A DNA stretch of 64,000 bases from Octopus vulgaris (GCA_951406725.2 OX597821.1:2046001-2110000), one strand, 5' to 3'. Positions 12,534 to 26,686 are shown, counted from the stretch's first letter. Program-made: numbers and translations. Notes: generated by a model from the sequence alone, not told the origin.

Positions 12534-13430
12534 CAAATGTTTGCTCACATAAGTCGTTCACATATATGTTCACATATGTATGCTGTCATACATATAGAAA
12601 TAACAATGCATGTGTGCACCTAGCGCATAAATATACAGAAATTCCTCACCACTACAAAGATATATGAATATGTATGCATGAACATATACATATACATATT
12701 CATAAAAAGATACACCTTAAAATATAAATATATATGTAAACACTCACAAACCTACGCACCAAATCACATGCATATATTATATATGCATGCAAACATAAAT
12801 ACATACATACATACACACACATACACAAACACACACACATGCATGTATATATATATATATATATATACAGACACACACACATACACACATATGTTTATGT
12901 ATGTATGCCTGATATGCTTTAGTTCTAATTATTCCTGTCATACTTTCTCTTTTCTTAGGTGGTAGTTGTTCTTGGTTTAGTTCCTTCTCCTTTTTCTCAT
13001 TTTATTTCACTTTACTCATAAAAATAAGATTATGCGAAAACACCTGAGACTTAAAACAGAATTCCGAGTAATGGCGTCAAACGGATGATGGAATCTTGTT
13101 AGGATCGTTTATGCAAGCCATTGTCTGATATTAACTATCAATACACAAAACACACAGACATTCACACAAACATATACACACAGACACACAGACATAGAGA
13201 CACACAAACACACAAACGCGAACACAAACACACACATACAGACACACACGCATATATATATGCATATTCACCTATATGTATGTATACATACGCATACACA
13301 CATAAAGGGGCGTGTGAATAAACTATTCTCATACAGCCCTTTTCATGCGATCTTTTATGTTTTTGTCGATATATATATATATATATATATATACATGCAA
13401 ATATGCATATATATATACATATGTATATAC

Positions 13431-13494
<64 letters not shown>

Positions 13495-13674
13495 TATGTA
13501 CATATTTATACGTATATGTATATTGTGATTGACCGTTATTAAGACCAAAGAGCTATTTGAATGACCGCTAAGTGAGGGGAGAGAGTAAAAGTAAGGGGCT
13601 AAAAAGGTTCATAGTATTCGTGTAAGCGCGCATGTCCATACCTACACAAACGCGCCCGCACATCCCGATGGCCA

Positions 13675-13735
13675 GATAACTGAAGAGATGGTGGTGTGGA
13701 TTTCCACCTCCGTATCCGAAACTCGGAGTTTTATC
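13675..13735 (+). ncRNA. Type I hammerhead ribozyme
   Basis: GATAA-CTGAAGA-GAT...ATC c-GAA-ACTCGGAGT-T-TTATC. GUU triplet and one extra base before GAAA. The tail ends in TA dinucleotides at ~13768. Confidence 0.7.
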
Positions 13736-14407
13736 ATGGCTACCAAATAATTATCACATATTACATCTATATATATAAAACTCAACTTGTGTGTCTGTGT
13801 GTTTAACTTCCCGGCACATCTCATCCTAGCCAACAAATCGTAGAACCACCAAAAATGGGTCACTTAAAGTGTAGGCGAATGAAAATTGAACTCCGCTATT
13901 TCTGTTCCGAAATTCATCTCGCACGTGCAAAAGTCGATAATGTGTTGCACCAGTATGACAATGATACTAGTCGACCTATATAAGGACACTCCATTAATAT
14001 CCTAAAACTAATTAAATATTCATTTTCATTTACAGCCAATTTAAGTCGAACCAAAGTGCATCGACATAATGACAGAATCTGCGTTTTGAGAGGAGGGGGT
14101 TGCCGTCTAACACATTGATCCCCGTGTTTGACTGTTGCTTATTTTCATCAACCTGAAATAGGTGGAGTAAGGTAACGGGTGGGAGAACTCACAACCTAAA
14201 AATGCAGGAAGGAATTCAGGGTAAAAGAGTTTGGATAAAACGACATAAATATTGTGGATGGTCCTAGTCGATTATCTCGACTCTAGCGCTGAAGAGTAAC
14301 TTATTTTTAGGAAAGCGAAAAATAATGGCAGGATGTGAACTAACAATGTTAAAACGGACGAAATACTGCGAAAAGATTCATACGTCGTTTTATCTCTATT
14401 ATTGTGA

Positions 14408-14433
14408 TTATTATTACTATTATTACTATTATT

Positions 14434-14498
<65 letters not shown>

Positions 14499-14527
14499 CG
14501 TCGTCGTCGTCGTTGTTGTCGTTGTTG

Positions 14528-14569
<42 letters not shown>

Positions 14570-14570
14570 T
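14408..14570. repeat. Compound (TTA)n(TTG)n(TCG)n(TTA)n microsatellite
   Basis: Direct reading. Confidence 0.97.
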
Positions 14571-14934
14571 ATATTATATTATTATATTGGATTAACGTAA
14601 CTCTTCACAAAGGTGAACAGTCAAGACTAAGAGCGCAATTCGGTTCTAAGATATTTTATTAGTTCAACGATATTTCAACAGTACGCCTGTCTTTGTCAAA
14701 TTCAAAGTAAGTGATAAAAATTCTAAATTACTGAGATTTAAACGTAAAGTATGAAACGAGAGCAACCAGCGTCCACATGTTGATGGGATGACATCATCAG
14801 TTTTTGAGTTACAATTTTATAGCAGGCGAAAAGAAAAAGACAGGAAAAAAAAACAGAAAAAAGACAGACTTACTGTTTAAATATCGTTCAACTAATAAAA
14901 TATCTGACAATCGAATCGCGCTCTTCGCCTTCAC

Positions 14935-15001
<67 letters not shown>

Positions 15002-15004
<3 letters not shown>

Positions 15005-15667
15005 TAGTTTTATTTTTATATCGTGCTTTCACTTCACTACCGAGCACAGCTCTGTGTGCCTTGGGTATGTGCTGTGATTTGTTGTGATGCTCTGATGGTT
15101 ATTGTATGGAAAGTGTTCTGCGTAGGATGTGTGCAGTGCCTAGTAGTGCAATTTTCTGTATGTTATATGTGTTTGTAAGTCCTGGTGTTTTTGTTATGTA
15201 TTTGTCTGAATATTTTTTTATCATGCCTAATGCACCTACTTTGATAGGAATTGTTTCTGTTTTCAGGTTCCACATTCTAGTTACCTCTATTTCCAGGTCT
15301 TTGTATTTTGAGAGTTTCTCCATTTCTTTTAGAGACACGTTGTCATCTGCCGGTATTGATACATCAATTAGAAAGCATTTTTTTCTTCATGATCTCTGAC
15401 AACTATATCTGGTCTGTTGGCCTTAATTTCTCTATCTGTGTGTATCGGCATATCCCAGAGTATGGTTGCTTTCTCGTTTTCTGTGACCTTTTCTGGTGTG
15501 TGCCTATACCATCTTTTTTCTGTTGTTATTCCATAATGTTGGCATAGCTTCCAATGTATGTAGGTTCCAACTCTGTCATGTCTGTGAATATATTCCTTCT
15601 TAGCCAAGACTGGGCAGCTAGAGATAATATGATTTATTGTTTCTTGTCCATCTCCACATATTCTGCA

Positions 15668-15668
<1 letters not shown>
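15002..15668 (-). mobile_element. 5'-truncated R4/Dong-like non-LTR retrotransposon (CCHC knuckle plus restriction-like endonuclease) inserted in (TAA)n
   Basis: CRICGDGQETINHIISSC, RHDRV, WDMPIHTDREIKANRPDIVV, frameshift near 15380, then FLIDVSIP...EKLSKYKDL...IPIKVGALG...LLGTAHILRRTL. Stop at 15099. (ATT)n on both sides (14936-15001, 15669-15745). Confidence 0.9.
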
Positions 15669-15742
<74 letters not shown>

Positions 15743-15824
15743 CATTCTTATTATTATTATCTGTGCGTAGCCCCTTGTGGGTAGTAAATAAATAGGTATT
15801 TCGTCTATTTGTATGATCTGAGTT

Positions 15825-16205
15825 GAGGCGCAATGGCCCAGTGGTTAGGGCAGCGGACTCGCGGTCGTAGGATCGCGGTTTCGATTCCTAGACCGGATGT
15901 TGTGAGGGTTTATTGAGCGAAAACACTTAAAGCTCCACGAAGCTCCGGCAGGGATGGTGGTGATCCCTGCTGTACTCTTTCACCACAACTTTCTCTCACG
16001 CTTACTTCCTGTTTCTGTTGTACCTGTATTTCAAAGGGTCGGCCTTGTCACTCTCTGTGCCACGCTGAATATCGCCGAGAACTGCGTTAAGGGTACACGT
16101 GTCTGTGGAGTGCTCAGCCACTTACACGTTAATTTCACAAGCAGGCTGTTCCGTTGATCGGATCAACCGGAACCCTCATCGTCGTAACCGACGGAGTGCC
16201 TCCAC
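15825..16205 (+). mobile_element. SINE family B1 (tRNA-derived) with a 12-bp TSD
   Basis: TGGCCCAGTGGTTAGGGCAGCGGACTCGCGG..GGTTTCGATTCC tRNA-like head. TSD ATGATCTGAGTT at 15813-15824 and 16206-16217. Confidence 0.92.
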
Positions 16206-16286
16206 ATGATCTGAGTTCAAATACAGAGAGCCTGACTTTCATTCTCAACCAATGAAATATATACCAGTCGAGTACAGTGTCCACTG

Positions 16287-16327
<41 letters not shown>

Positions 16328-16329
16328 GG

Positions 16330-16525
16330 AAGGCGGCGAGCTGGCAGAAACGTTAGCAGTATTCCGTCTGCCGTTACGTATTCCGCTGTGTTTAGCCCCT
16401 TGTGTGTAATAAAGAAACAGGTATTTCGTCTGCCGCTATGTTCTGAGTTCAAATTCCGCCGAGGTCGACTTTGCCTTTCATCCTTTAGGGGTCGATTAAA
16501 TAAGTACCAGTTACGCACTGGGGTC
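16330..16525 (+). mobile_element. SINE family C, rearranged
   Basis: AAGGCGGCGAGCTGGCAGAAACGTTAGC head plus core. Confidence 0.8.
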
Positions 16526-16744
16526 CTCTCTGTGCGTAGCCCCTTGTGGGTAGTAAAGAAATAGGTATTTCGTCTATTTGTATGATCTGAGTTCAAATAT
16601 AGAGAGCTTGACTTTCACTCTCAACCAATGAAATATATACCAGTCGAGTACAGTGTCCACTGTTTTTGATTTGACTCCTCCACGAATTTGCTGGCCTTGT
16701 GCCAATATTTGAAACCATTGTTTCTATTACTATAATTACTGATG

Positions 16745-16945
16745 GTTTTAAATTTTTGCACAAGATCAGCAAATTCAGGGCAGGGTATAAGTCGATTACA
16801 TCGACCACAGTTACTTATTTCATCGTCTTCGAACGTATAAAAAGCAAAGTCGACTTCGGTGGGGATTTGAACACAGAACGTAAAGATGGCCGAAATACCA
16901 CGAAATATTTTGCCCGGCGTGCAAATGATCCTCCAGCTCGCTGCC
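16745..16945 (-). mobile_element. SINE family C monomer (older)
   Basis: AAAAGCAAAGTCGACTTCGGTGGGGATTTGAACACAGAACG...CCAGCTCGCTGCCT. Confidence 0.7.
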
Positions 16946-17551
16946 TGACGAATACTACTACTAATAATAATCCTGAAAAAAAGAGACGTAAAAAAACACC
17001 AACAACGATCGACTATATCTGGTAGTGAATTCTTTCCTAATTTCTAGTATTTCTATAAACACTGCTTTCTTTTTTCCTCTCACTAAAATTAAAATCACAT
17101 CCGCTTGTGTGCAAACTGGACATTTCGCTGGAGGTGCGCATGTAATTAATAAGAAAACCAAGCAACAGCTGCACATATTTTCGAAGAAACTGGAAAATTG
17201 CTTTGTGAGTTGAATATAGAATGAGGTTGAAGCTATTGAACTTTAGTCATTCTGCAGACATCTGAATAAAATTAGCTTCAGAATATTCCTCGTGTACATA
17301 AAGTACAATATTTAACTCATACATGCATACCTACACATTAGCACACGCACGCATATAAACACATACATGCATACGTAATACGTACATACACAACACACAC
17401 ATGCACACACACACAAACACACATATCAGTATATAGATATGTGTGTGAGTATACGAGAACGCATGTTTGTGCATATATATATATGTATATATGTATATAT
17501 ATATATATATAAATATGTATGTATATATATATGTATATATGTAGATGTATG

Positions 17552-17612
<61 letters not shown>

Positions 17613-18004
17613 GCATAATATACATGTTCCAAGCTATAGTGTTCTATATACAAATGTATAAGTACACGGTTATATACATGCATAAACGTACATATATATT
17701 CATGTAAATATATATATATATATATATATATACGTGTGTGTGTGTGTGTCTGTGCTAGCGTGTAAGCGCGCGCATGTGTGTGTGTGTGTGTGTATGTGTG
17801 TGCTTAGTGAGGTCGATAGTAACAGACACACATTTCACTGAACCCGATGTTTCAACCTGTCTTACTGCGCAGATTCTCTTCATGTATGACCCTTCTGGCG
17901 CCTAAACTTTGGATCAGAATATTTTCCTTAATACCTCTTTTTTACAAATACGCACGCACAGCCAAACATAAACACACACCGACGCACAACCATTCAGGTA
18001 TACG

Positions 18005-18132
<128 letters not shown>

Positions 18133-18569
18133 GATAACTGCACATACACATGTATTCATGTCAAAGTTACTCTAAATAGTTTCGCGATTTGAAAATGTGT
18201 GGGTAGGCTGAACGTATGTTTGAAAATATTCTCACTGTAGCGTTAGACCCCTACTAAAATATATAGAAATATATACGCTGCCTGCTAAAACATTTTATTG
18301 AATAATATGTTGGAACATTTACGTTTGATTGTATACACGTATAAACAATGTTATTGGATATACGAGTATATATTATTAATTATAAAGATCCCTTGGTTAC
18401 ACTTGATGATGTAATAACGAACAGCACACTATGAACATAGCAAGCGAACCATTTTTGTAGGCTTAATCCGTTAGAGTCACTCTAGGTCTCAGAAGCAGCT
18501 ACTAAATGATTTTCGAAGTGGGAAGCTGACACTTTTTTGTACTATTGGAACGTTCCAGACAAGGTGAGA

Positions 18570-18840
18570 AGTCACCTGGTGTAAGAGGCTAACGAAGAAG
18601 AAGTAGATACTAAGATTTATGGAAAGAGTGTTCTTCAGAACTGAAAGATTTCAGGTTATACCAAGGTGAAAGATAAAGAGATAGAAGAGAAGTCCAAAGT
18701 CTGGCAGTTCGTATGAAAAGGCTACGACCGTGAATAAGACTTGAAGTAATAGATGGCAACCAATGGGCCGCCATATGATGTATGCAGCACTCGAAATAGA
18801 TGGGTCACTCCTGACATACACGAAAGCTGTTCAACACTTT
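18570..18840 (-). mobile_element. Degenerate 3' end of a CR1/L2/Jockey-type LINE
   Basis: Manual translation SLFIRTARLWTSLLSLYLSPWYNLKSF resembles the common F.RT..LWNSLP....YNL..FK terminus. Confidence 0.45.
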
Positions 18841-18842
18841 TA

Positions 18843-18907
<65 letters not shown>

Positions 18908-19019
18908 CGAGAAAGAGAGATTTAATCAATTATATATATACACACATATATGATATATAGAGAATTGAAAATTGAAAAAATAGTCAACAAGGTGTACTGT
19001 TAGACAGCTATTTAATAAA

Positions 19020-19108
19020 CACTACACATGTTTCGATACAACATAGGATTTAAATTAAGCAACGATTTACCTGTATAATGGGATCCAGTTCTATCTCCTC
19101 AGGTAATA
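19020..19108 (-). ncRNA. Decayed hammerhead ribozyme (cleavage-site base missing or G)
   Basis: Minus strand: TATTAC-CTGAGGA-GATA...TATC-GAA-ACATGT-GTAGTG. Core and stem II base intact, but no A/C/U at position 17. Confidence 0.55.
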
Positions 19109-19150
19109 TACATTCGCTGTCCCCGTCAGTAAATCTTTGACTTCGAAGCT

Positions 19151-19177
19151 ATGTATGTATGTATCTATGTATGTATG

Positions 19178-19208
<31 letters not shown>

Positions 19209-19209
19209 G

Positions 19210-19306
<97 letters not shown>

Positions 19307-19307
19307 G

Positions 19308-19343
<36 letters not shown>
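19151..19343. repeat. (ATGT)n(ATCT)n microsatellite (other ATCT tracts at 3163-3234, 33236-33358, 58187-58390)
   Basis: Direct reading. Confidence 0.97.
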
Positions 19344-19359
19344 CCCATCAGTAAAGCGT

Positions 19360-19803
19360 GTGGCCATGTCAAAGTGGCGGATGAATTACTTGTTTAACCC
19401 CAGGCGGATTCAGCTGGTTTTCGGTGCAAGATCTGCAGCCGTTATGTACAATACATCGCTAGCGGGAGGGGGGACCCTTACTCCCCGTCACAACAGAGAT
19501 TTCATAAGTAGCTATTTTGCTTGTTGCAAATCAGTGACCAATGGTTACTTTCTTTACAATATATCGGTGGCAAAAGCGGATCTTAGCAACACTCCACTGT
19601 GCAGGAGTGTGCGGCTAGCGTGAGCCAAGAAGATCGAAACCGACCGGTCCGGCTGTTGGAGGTTATTAGCGGTTCGCTCCCCCTGCTAGCGATACGTTGT
19701 ACATAAAAGGTGTAGAGCTTGCACCGAAAACCAGCTGGAGGAGAATCCGCCCGGGGTTAAACTAGTAGTAATATTCATCCGCTATCTTGATGTGGCTGGC
19801 CAC
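19360..19803. mobile_element. GC-rich MITE-like element with ~115-bp imperfect TIRs
   Basis: GCGGATGAAT...GTTTAACCCCAGGCGGATTCAGCTGGTTTTCGGTGCAAG...ATCGCTAGCGGG mirrors CCTGCTAGCGAT...CTTGCACCGAAAACCAGCTG...AATCCGCCCGGGGTTAAAC...ATTCATCCGC. Confidence 0.75.
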
Positions 19804-19870
19804 TTCACATTTTAGTATACGTTACTAATTTATCTTTCTTTGAGATCTTATAAGTAGCTATTTTGCTTTC

Positions 19871-19916
<46 letters not shown>

Positions 19917-19981
19917 CTCTATCTCTCTATTTCTCTATATGTGTGTGTATGTATGTCTCTCTCTCACACACTCTCTCTCTC

Positions 19982-20062
<81 letters not shown>

Positions 20063-20068
<6 letters not shown>

Positions 20069-20312
20069 CAACAATTGAGGAATGGCCTTAATAGGCCATT
20101 CGACCCACTAGAAAGAGCAGCCAGCACTCAAACCGCTAAGTAGTAGTAATTCAGAAATTAAAGGAAAATTTAAAAACATTTACCCTAATTCATCTTTTCC
20201 TTTAAATTTTCCTTTAATTTCTGAATTACTATTACTTGGCGATTTGAGTCCTGGCTGCTCTTTCTAGTTGGTCGAATGGCCTATTAAGGCCATTCCTCAA
20301 TTGTTGTTGAAT
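20063..20312. repeat. Near-perfect ~250-bp palindrome between TA runs
   Basis: 20063-~20173 is the reverse complement of ~20202-20312, with a spacer of about 28 nt. Confidence 0.9.
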
Positions 20313-20444
20313 CTATATATATATAGTTTATGACTATTTTCTCTTTCTCACTAGACCGCTGGTGGCGAAAAAATTTCTATTGAATTTTTTGCTACCCTAT
20401 ATTGATTAGTTGATGAATATATATATATATATATATATATTTAT

Positions 20445-20744
20445 ATGTTTGTTACTTGTCGAGCCATGCCTGGCTCACAAGGGCCGGTTTCCCAGTTTCC
20501 TTGGCGTATAAGTTCCCCACCTGGATGGGACGCCGTTCCGTCGCAGGTGTGCTGCAAGATGCAGGAGCAAAGAGTGAGAGAAAGTTGTGGCGAAAGAGTC
20601 AGCAGAAGTTCGCCATTACCTTCTTTCGGAGCCGCGTGGAGCTTAGGTATTTCGCTCATAAATACACACATCACCCGCTCAGAGATTCGAAGTCGGGATC
20701 TCTCGACCGCGAGTCCGCTGCTCTAACCACTAGGTCATGTGCCT
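20445..20744 (-). mobile_element. SINE family B2
   Basis: Reverse-complement match to 7738-8020. Confidence 0.8.
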
Positions 20745-20757
20745 CCACCCTCTCTTC

Positions 20758-20835
<78 letters not shown>

Positions 20836-21568
20836 TTATACATGATGTGTGTTAATGTATTAAATATGTGATGAAGAAAGATGTAAAAAGAGAGGTAGAA
20901 AGAGTGTAAGAGACAGTAGGATCGTTGTCATTAGTTACTGCGCTATGAAATAGCCTCTAGGAATCTAGAAATACATCAAAATACACAATAGCCTGAAATA
21001 ACTGACTGACTAAAGATGTTTGGTTTTCGAGTTCCGTTAAGATTTGAATTCTATGATAACAATGATTTTCTGCTAGCTGTTTTAAAAGTTATTCTAGCTG
21101 AAATTATTACACACAGGAGTGGAATAAAAAATAGTTATGGTTCGAAATATGTAATGAATAACATCTATTGTTTAACAAAATCTAACTAGATTTTGTGTGA
21201 GTATTTATATGTGTGTGTGTGTGTATATATGTAGTATATGTATATACATGTGTGTATGTGTATGCATATGCACACAAACAGCAAGACACGCATGAATGCA
21301 CGATATGTGCACGCTCAGGTATGCGTGCATACATGTTTATCAAATTTAATAACGCGCTACACTGAGTTATTAACTGAGAAATATTTAAAATATGATAATA
21401 GTATACAACTGTCATGGACGGTAAACGCCTCTGCATTTGCTATATATAATCGTTTATGAGACAGGTAACGTAACACTGAGTTGTGTTGTAATGAGGTTTT
21501 GATATTTTCACTACTATCGTTGTTTGAAGATCGCTACATGTATAAATGTACGTGAGTATATATAAATA

Positions 21569-21641
<73 letters not shown>

Positions 21642-24635
21642 GTATATATTATATATATATACATATATATATATATATGTATATGTATATTATATATATA
21701 TATATTATTTATATATTATATACATATATATTATATATATATATATATATACAGTTAAGTAATTGAGATTCTAGTGAATTCTAAAGAATTCACATGAATA
21801 TGAATTCATATGAATATTCATGTGCATCCTATATATATATATACATATATGCAGCTACTACACGAACACACACCCACACATTTATGTGGTTAATCCAGAG
21901 TGATTATCAGTCCTGGCAAAATACTTCAAAAGCTCTCTGTTGGCACACCAGGTTAAAAATATTGTTTAGATTAGGGAAGAACTTCTATTATTCTTAGGGC
22001 GGTTTCCAAGGTTATGGTTCCTCACAATTCTATATTGTAAATCCGTGGACGGACTACAAACAACTTTGTTTCTCCACAGAGTGATTATATAAAAATATGA
22101 AGTTAAAAATAGTGGTCATTACATATTTTTCCTTTACTGTAGCAATTTTTGTCTTAGAGCTGTTTCCAGTACTCATTATAGGTACATTACTGATACGTTT
22201 ATTCAATCGGTCATTAGGTCATTTGGGAAAAATTGAACGACCTAAATAAATTAATGCTACTTACATCGGAGACATTTCTGATTAGAACAGAGCAGAACAT
22301 TGAAGGAATGGTGAGTGCATGAAGGTGGGAGGAAAAGCTGGAAAGATGCAAGTAGAGAACATAGGGAGACATGTTATAAAAGGTGTGAGAGAAGTAAGGA
22401 AATGGTAGAGGAATAGTCTAATTAATAGCGCCAAGGGTATTGTATTGGTAACACGTGGAAGAGTCACAAAACATTTTTTTCTAGTCAGGTCAACAAACAT
22501 CATATTTACTTTGTATACAGGTTAGATACTCTCGAACCGTTGTGCTGAAATTTGACATGGTCTTTTTATACATAATCTATCACTGTGATATTTGGTAGTG
22601 TTGCTATCAATCGTTGTAGGGGAATTATATTAGAAGATGAAGGTATATTTCTTCAGTGTTCTGCTTTGTTATACGGCTTTCCAGAGCTAGTTTGCTTTCA
22701 CCGTACGTCTTCCTGCCGTCTTCAACTAATACAAGATCCATAGAAACTTACACCTTCTACTTGTCACGTATAAGTTACCGAAATCACAATATTGCCCTGT
22801 GAGGGCGACACCGTTCCGTTGTCGAGTTCAAGGCCATCAATGTTGAAAGACGGTACAAGTCGATCACATTGACCCCAGCAGTAGAGCGTTGCTGTAATTT
22901 ATCGACCGTGAAGGGATGGAGAGCAAATTTAACGTCGCCGGGATGTGAACTCAGAACTTAAACCGTTGGTAGAAACGCTGCTAAGCATTTTGTCCGATAT
23001 ATTATGATAGAATAAAATATAATGAGTTGTTATGGGATATGATATTTCAAAACATATTTTGATGCCATTTGGTATAACATGGTATCAATACTAAATAAAC
23101 TATGCTATAGTACGATATAAATTGATATAATATAATACGACAATATAATATCCATGACATCATATAGATATGCTATATATTTAATGTGTAACATGCACTT
23201 TCACATGTACTTGCTTGCATAATCTTTAACCTCGATCTGTTAATGGATAACAACCAATGACATAATACAGTTCGATATTTAAGAAGTGATGAATTATTTA
23301 CATTATTTACATTATTTACATTTGACGGACAAATATCCGTCAAATGTAAATAATATAAATAATGAACCAGTGACATATATCTGTTCTCTGAAAAATCTGT
23401 GTCAAAAGGTTCGAACTAAATGTTTGTGGCGATATCAACTCATGGTTAATAGATATATTTCGCAATCATTGCATTCTGTGTTCACTTTTATTTGCATGGT
23501 ATCTCCGACAAGTCTCTTGTACCATATTTCCGAGTTATTTCATGTTCCTTTAAGGGGATAGTAATCTGCTGCAGAAGTTAGGATAGTCCCTTATTATGAA
23601 GTTAAATGTATTCTTTTTGTCAATCCTTGCACAAGGGTTATGTACGTTGTTCTGTGTCCTTCGAGTAAACCATGAAACGAAAATTATAATTTTACAAAAA
23701 CACATTTCTTGTACTCGGGCTGGTGATATTCTTATCTAAGTTGAATTTTTGTTATATTTCATTTGGGAAATCGTACAAATTATATTTGATAAATGGAAGA
23801 TTAGTTTGAAACAGATACCAAACCATCACTCTTGCATATTTAATTTAGCCAATAGGTTGGACAGTTTTACCAGTTTATGCTCAATTAACATCGATTATAT
23901 AGATATTTATGCACGATGGCCCTTCACTCTGTTTTGGTGTTGAAATTGCAGCTACGATTGGACGGTCATTGTAATTTTGACCTATGTGTCGATTCAACAT
24001 TCGAGAAAATCTTTCCTGCTCTGTGAAGGTCACACTATCAACCTATGAATACATGACGATGTAAGTGGATATGTTGCATCCTCAACGTAAGTAGATAGAA
24101 TGGAAATACTTTTAACACATCTTAAATTGAAATCGTGTCTAATACAGCATAGAATTAAGATGCATTCCTAAGATATGCAAATACTCCAGAAAGGTATCCT
24201 TGCATTCGTGATAGATTTTTAACCCGAGTATTCTTTTGCTATAAATTGGTGTCATTCATTGGGCAGCAGTCAGCTGTTACGGTGCCTTTAACGCTTGTAA
24301 TCTATCATACCAAGCGCAATTTTAAAAGCTAATCTTTATAAATTGTATTGTGAGCTATACTTTGATATGTTGGGAAGCAGCGAACACCACTGATTCCCAC
24401 AGCTATACACTAACTCAGACAGTTATAACTACATATTAATGGGCACAAACACACACAGATATACTCACACACACACATACACACACATCACAACCTCCAT
24501 ACACATATTCTGCGTCAGGGGTAGAACTCAATTTCAAGTTCATATTTGTGAATCCGACTGCAAAGAACCACACGATATATGTATATACATACACATAAAT
24601 ATTTGCTCATATATATATATATGTATGTATTATAC

Positions 24636-24707
<72 letters not shown>

Positions 24708-25065
24708 ATATATATACATACATACATATATATATATATTATATTTATATATATATATTATATACATATATATATATAATATATGTATATATATATATAT
24801 ATATACTTTTTTTATTCTACACTGAAACCTGACATTGAACTTTTCCACAAAAAACTGTATATTACAAGCTTTTACTAAATATCTTATTCTGAAACAGAAC
24901 ACTGTAAAAGACTCTTACTTTTTTTCTTATACACTGAAATCTTTCACAAAAAATGAACATTGTATTCTAACCCAATTTTTCTTTTTTTGTTTAAAAAAAG
25001 AACTTTCACCTAATTAAATACACTCTCCCTTACTTAAATTATTTTGTCAGCATTTTCTTCATTTC

Positions 25066-25150
<85 letters not shown>

Positions 25151-26686
25151 CAAATATTTATGTGTATGTATATACATATATCAGCATAGTCACTTTTCCG
25201 AACATGGAATGTGAACATAGCTAGCACACGAACATGCCTCTGACGAACTACCTCAGCATAGAAGTATAAGAACTCAGAATAATGAAAACAAGTTAACTAC
25301 TCAATAATTTGCCCAAAAGACAAATACAAAGGAGACAAACATTCAAAAGTTGTCACCCAACAGTAAGGTTCCTTGATTTATTGTTTCATTCACGTAGCAG
25401 TGTTTTCCAAAATGGAGGCGTAAACCTTTCTCCATTTCTTTGGCTTGAGAAATTGTTAAGACACCAGGACATTTTCCTACTTTTCGTAACATGAAACCGA
25501 TGGTCACCTTAATTTAGAAATAAATAAATTATATCCACCAATGTAGTGTTGAGCACTCAGTTTCATCGTTTGACTTTTACGTACACACACACACACATAT
25601 ATTAACGGCGGTGCATCAGCATGGCCGCAACTCTGAGGTGAAACTACAGAAAAATTAAATAAAATATATATAAATGTATACACGCACACGCACGTAAACA
25701 CACAGAGGCACAGACACACACATACAGACACAGACACACAGACACAGACACACACATATATATATATATATTTATACATACATACTAAAGGTAATCGTGG
25801 AAGTGTGTTTTAAATATTTCTGTACTTTTCTCTGCTTCTGTACAAATGTATAAATTTACAGCTCTTCGTAACAAAGGTTTTTACCGGTTGCGAGGAGAGA
25901 TAAGGGAAATAGGAATATTTATAAACTATTAATTATAAACTATAATAAATTCTGGTTTTCTATGGCTTTATGAATATTCCTCTGCCCATTACTCAAATTG
26001 TTGAAATTATTGGTTTCATACAAATAGTATACAGCACGATTTCATTTTAATTTATGCGTCGAACAAATATTGATGAACGCTTTTTCGAGCTGTGGTTGTC
26101 ACCAAAGGCACTGCTGTAAGCAAGGCATTAATTGTAGAACTTTTGTCTCGTCAACATAGTTTGAATAAAGTTTCTTTCTTCTTCATTACGCTGCATGCCA
26201 CTGTGTCAACTACGGTCGCCATTGAATATTAGAACAGAATAACCTATTTGATTAAGATGGCAAGATAAATATGAGATCCTTGTTGATAGAACGTCGCTGG
26301 GAACGAATTATATTGAGCTTATATTCTGGATTTCACCAAATTGTACAACCGGGTAGATTGTTGTTGATAGATGTCGTTAAATGCATACTGTAGAAATAAT
26401 AATTTAAGGAAAGCAGGTGAAATACGGACGGATCGACTGCTTATATTCAAACATGAGATAATGCCTGCCCGGTGATGGTGGAATTTATGGTAAAAATGGT
26501 AATTACCTTCTCGGGTCAAACCAGCTCGAAAGCTTTAGTTTCTCGGTTTCATTGGATGTATGTCTCCCATTGGAAGGAACGCCGGTCTGTCGCAGTATTA
26601 CTCATTTTCACCACCTGAGTGGACGGGGACAACGTGAAATGAAGTGTTTTGCTCAAGAGCTCAGCAATTCGTCCGGTCCAGTAATC

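Noticed and set aside
15825-15900. tRNA-like sequence
   Set aside because: It is the head of a multi-copy SINE with a TSD and lacks a complete acceptor stem, so it is not a tRNA gene.
25240-25275. CTGACGA followed by GAACTCAGAATA
   Set aside because: No proper stem II/GAAA junction and no stem I pairing. Too decayed to call a hammerhead.
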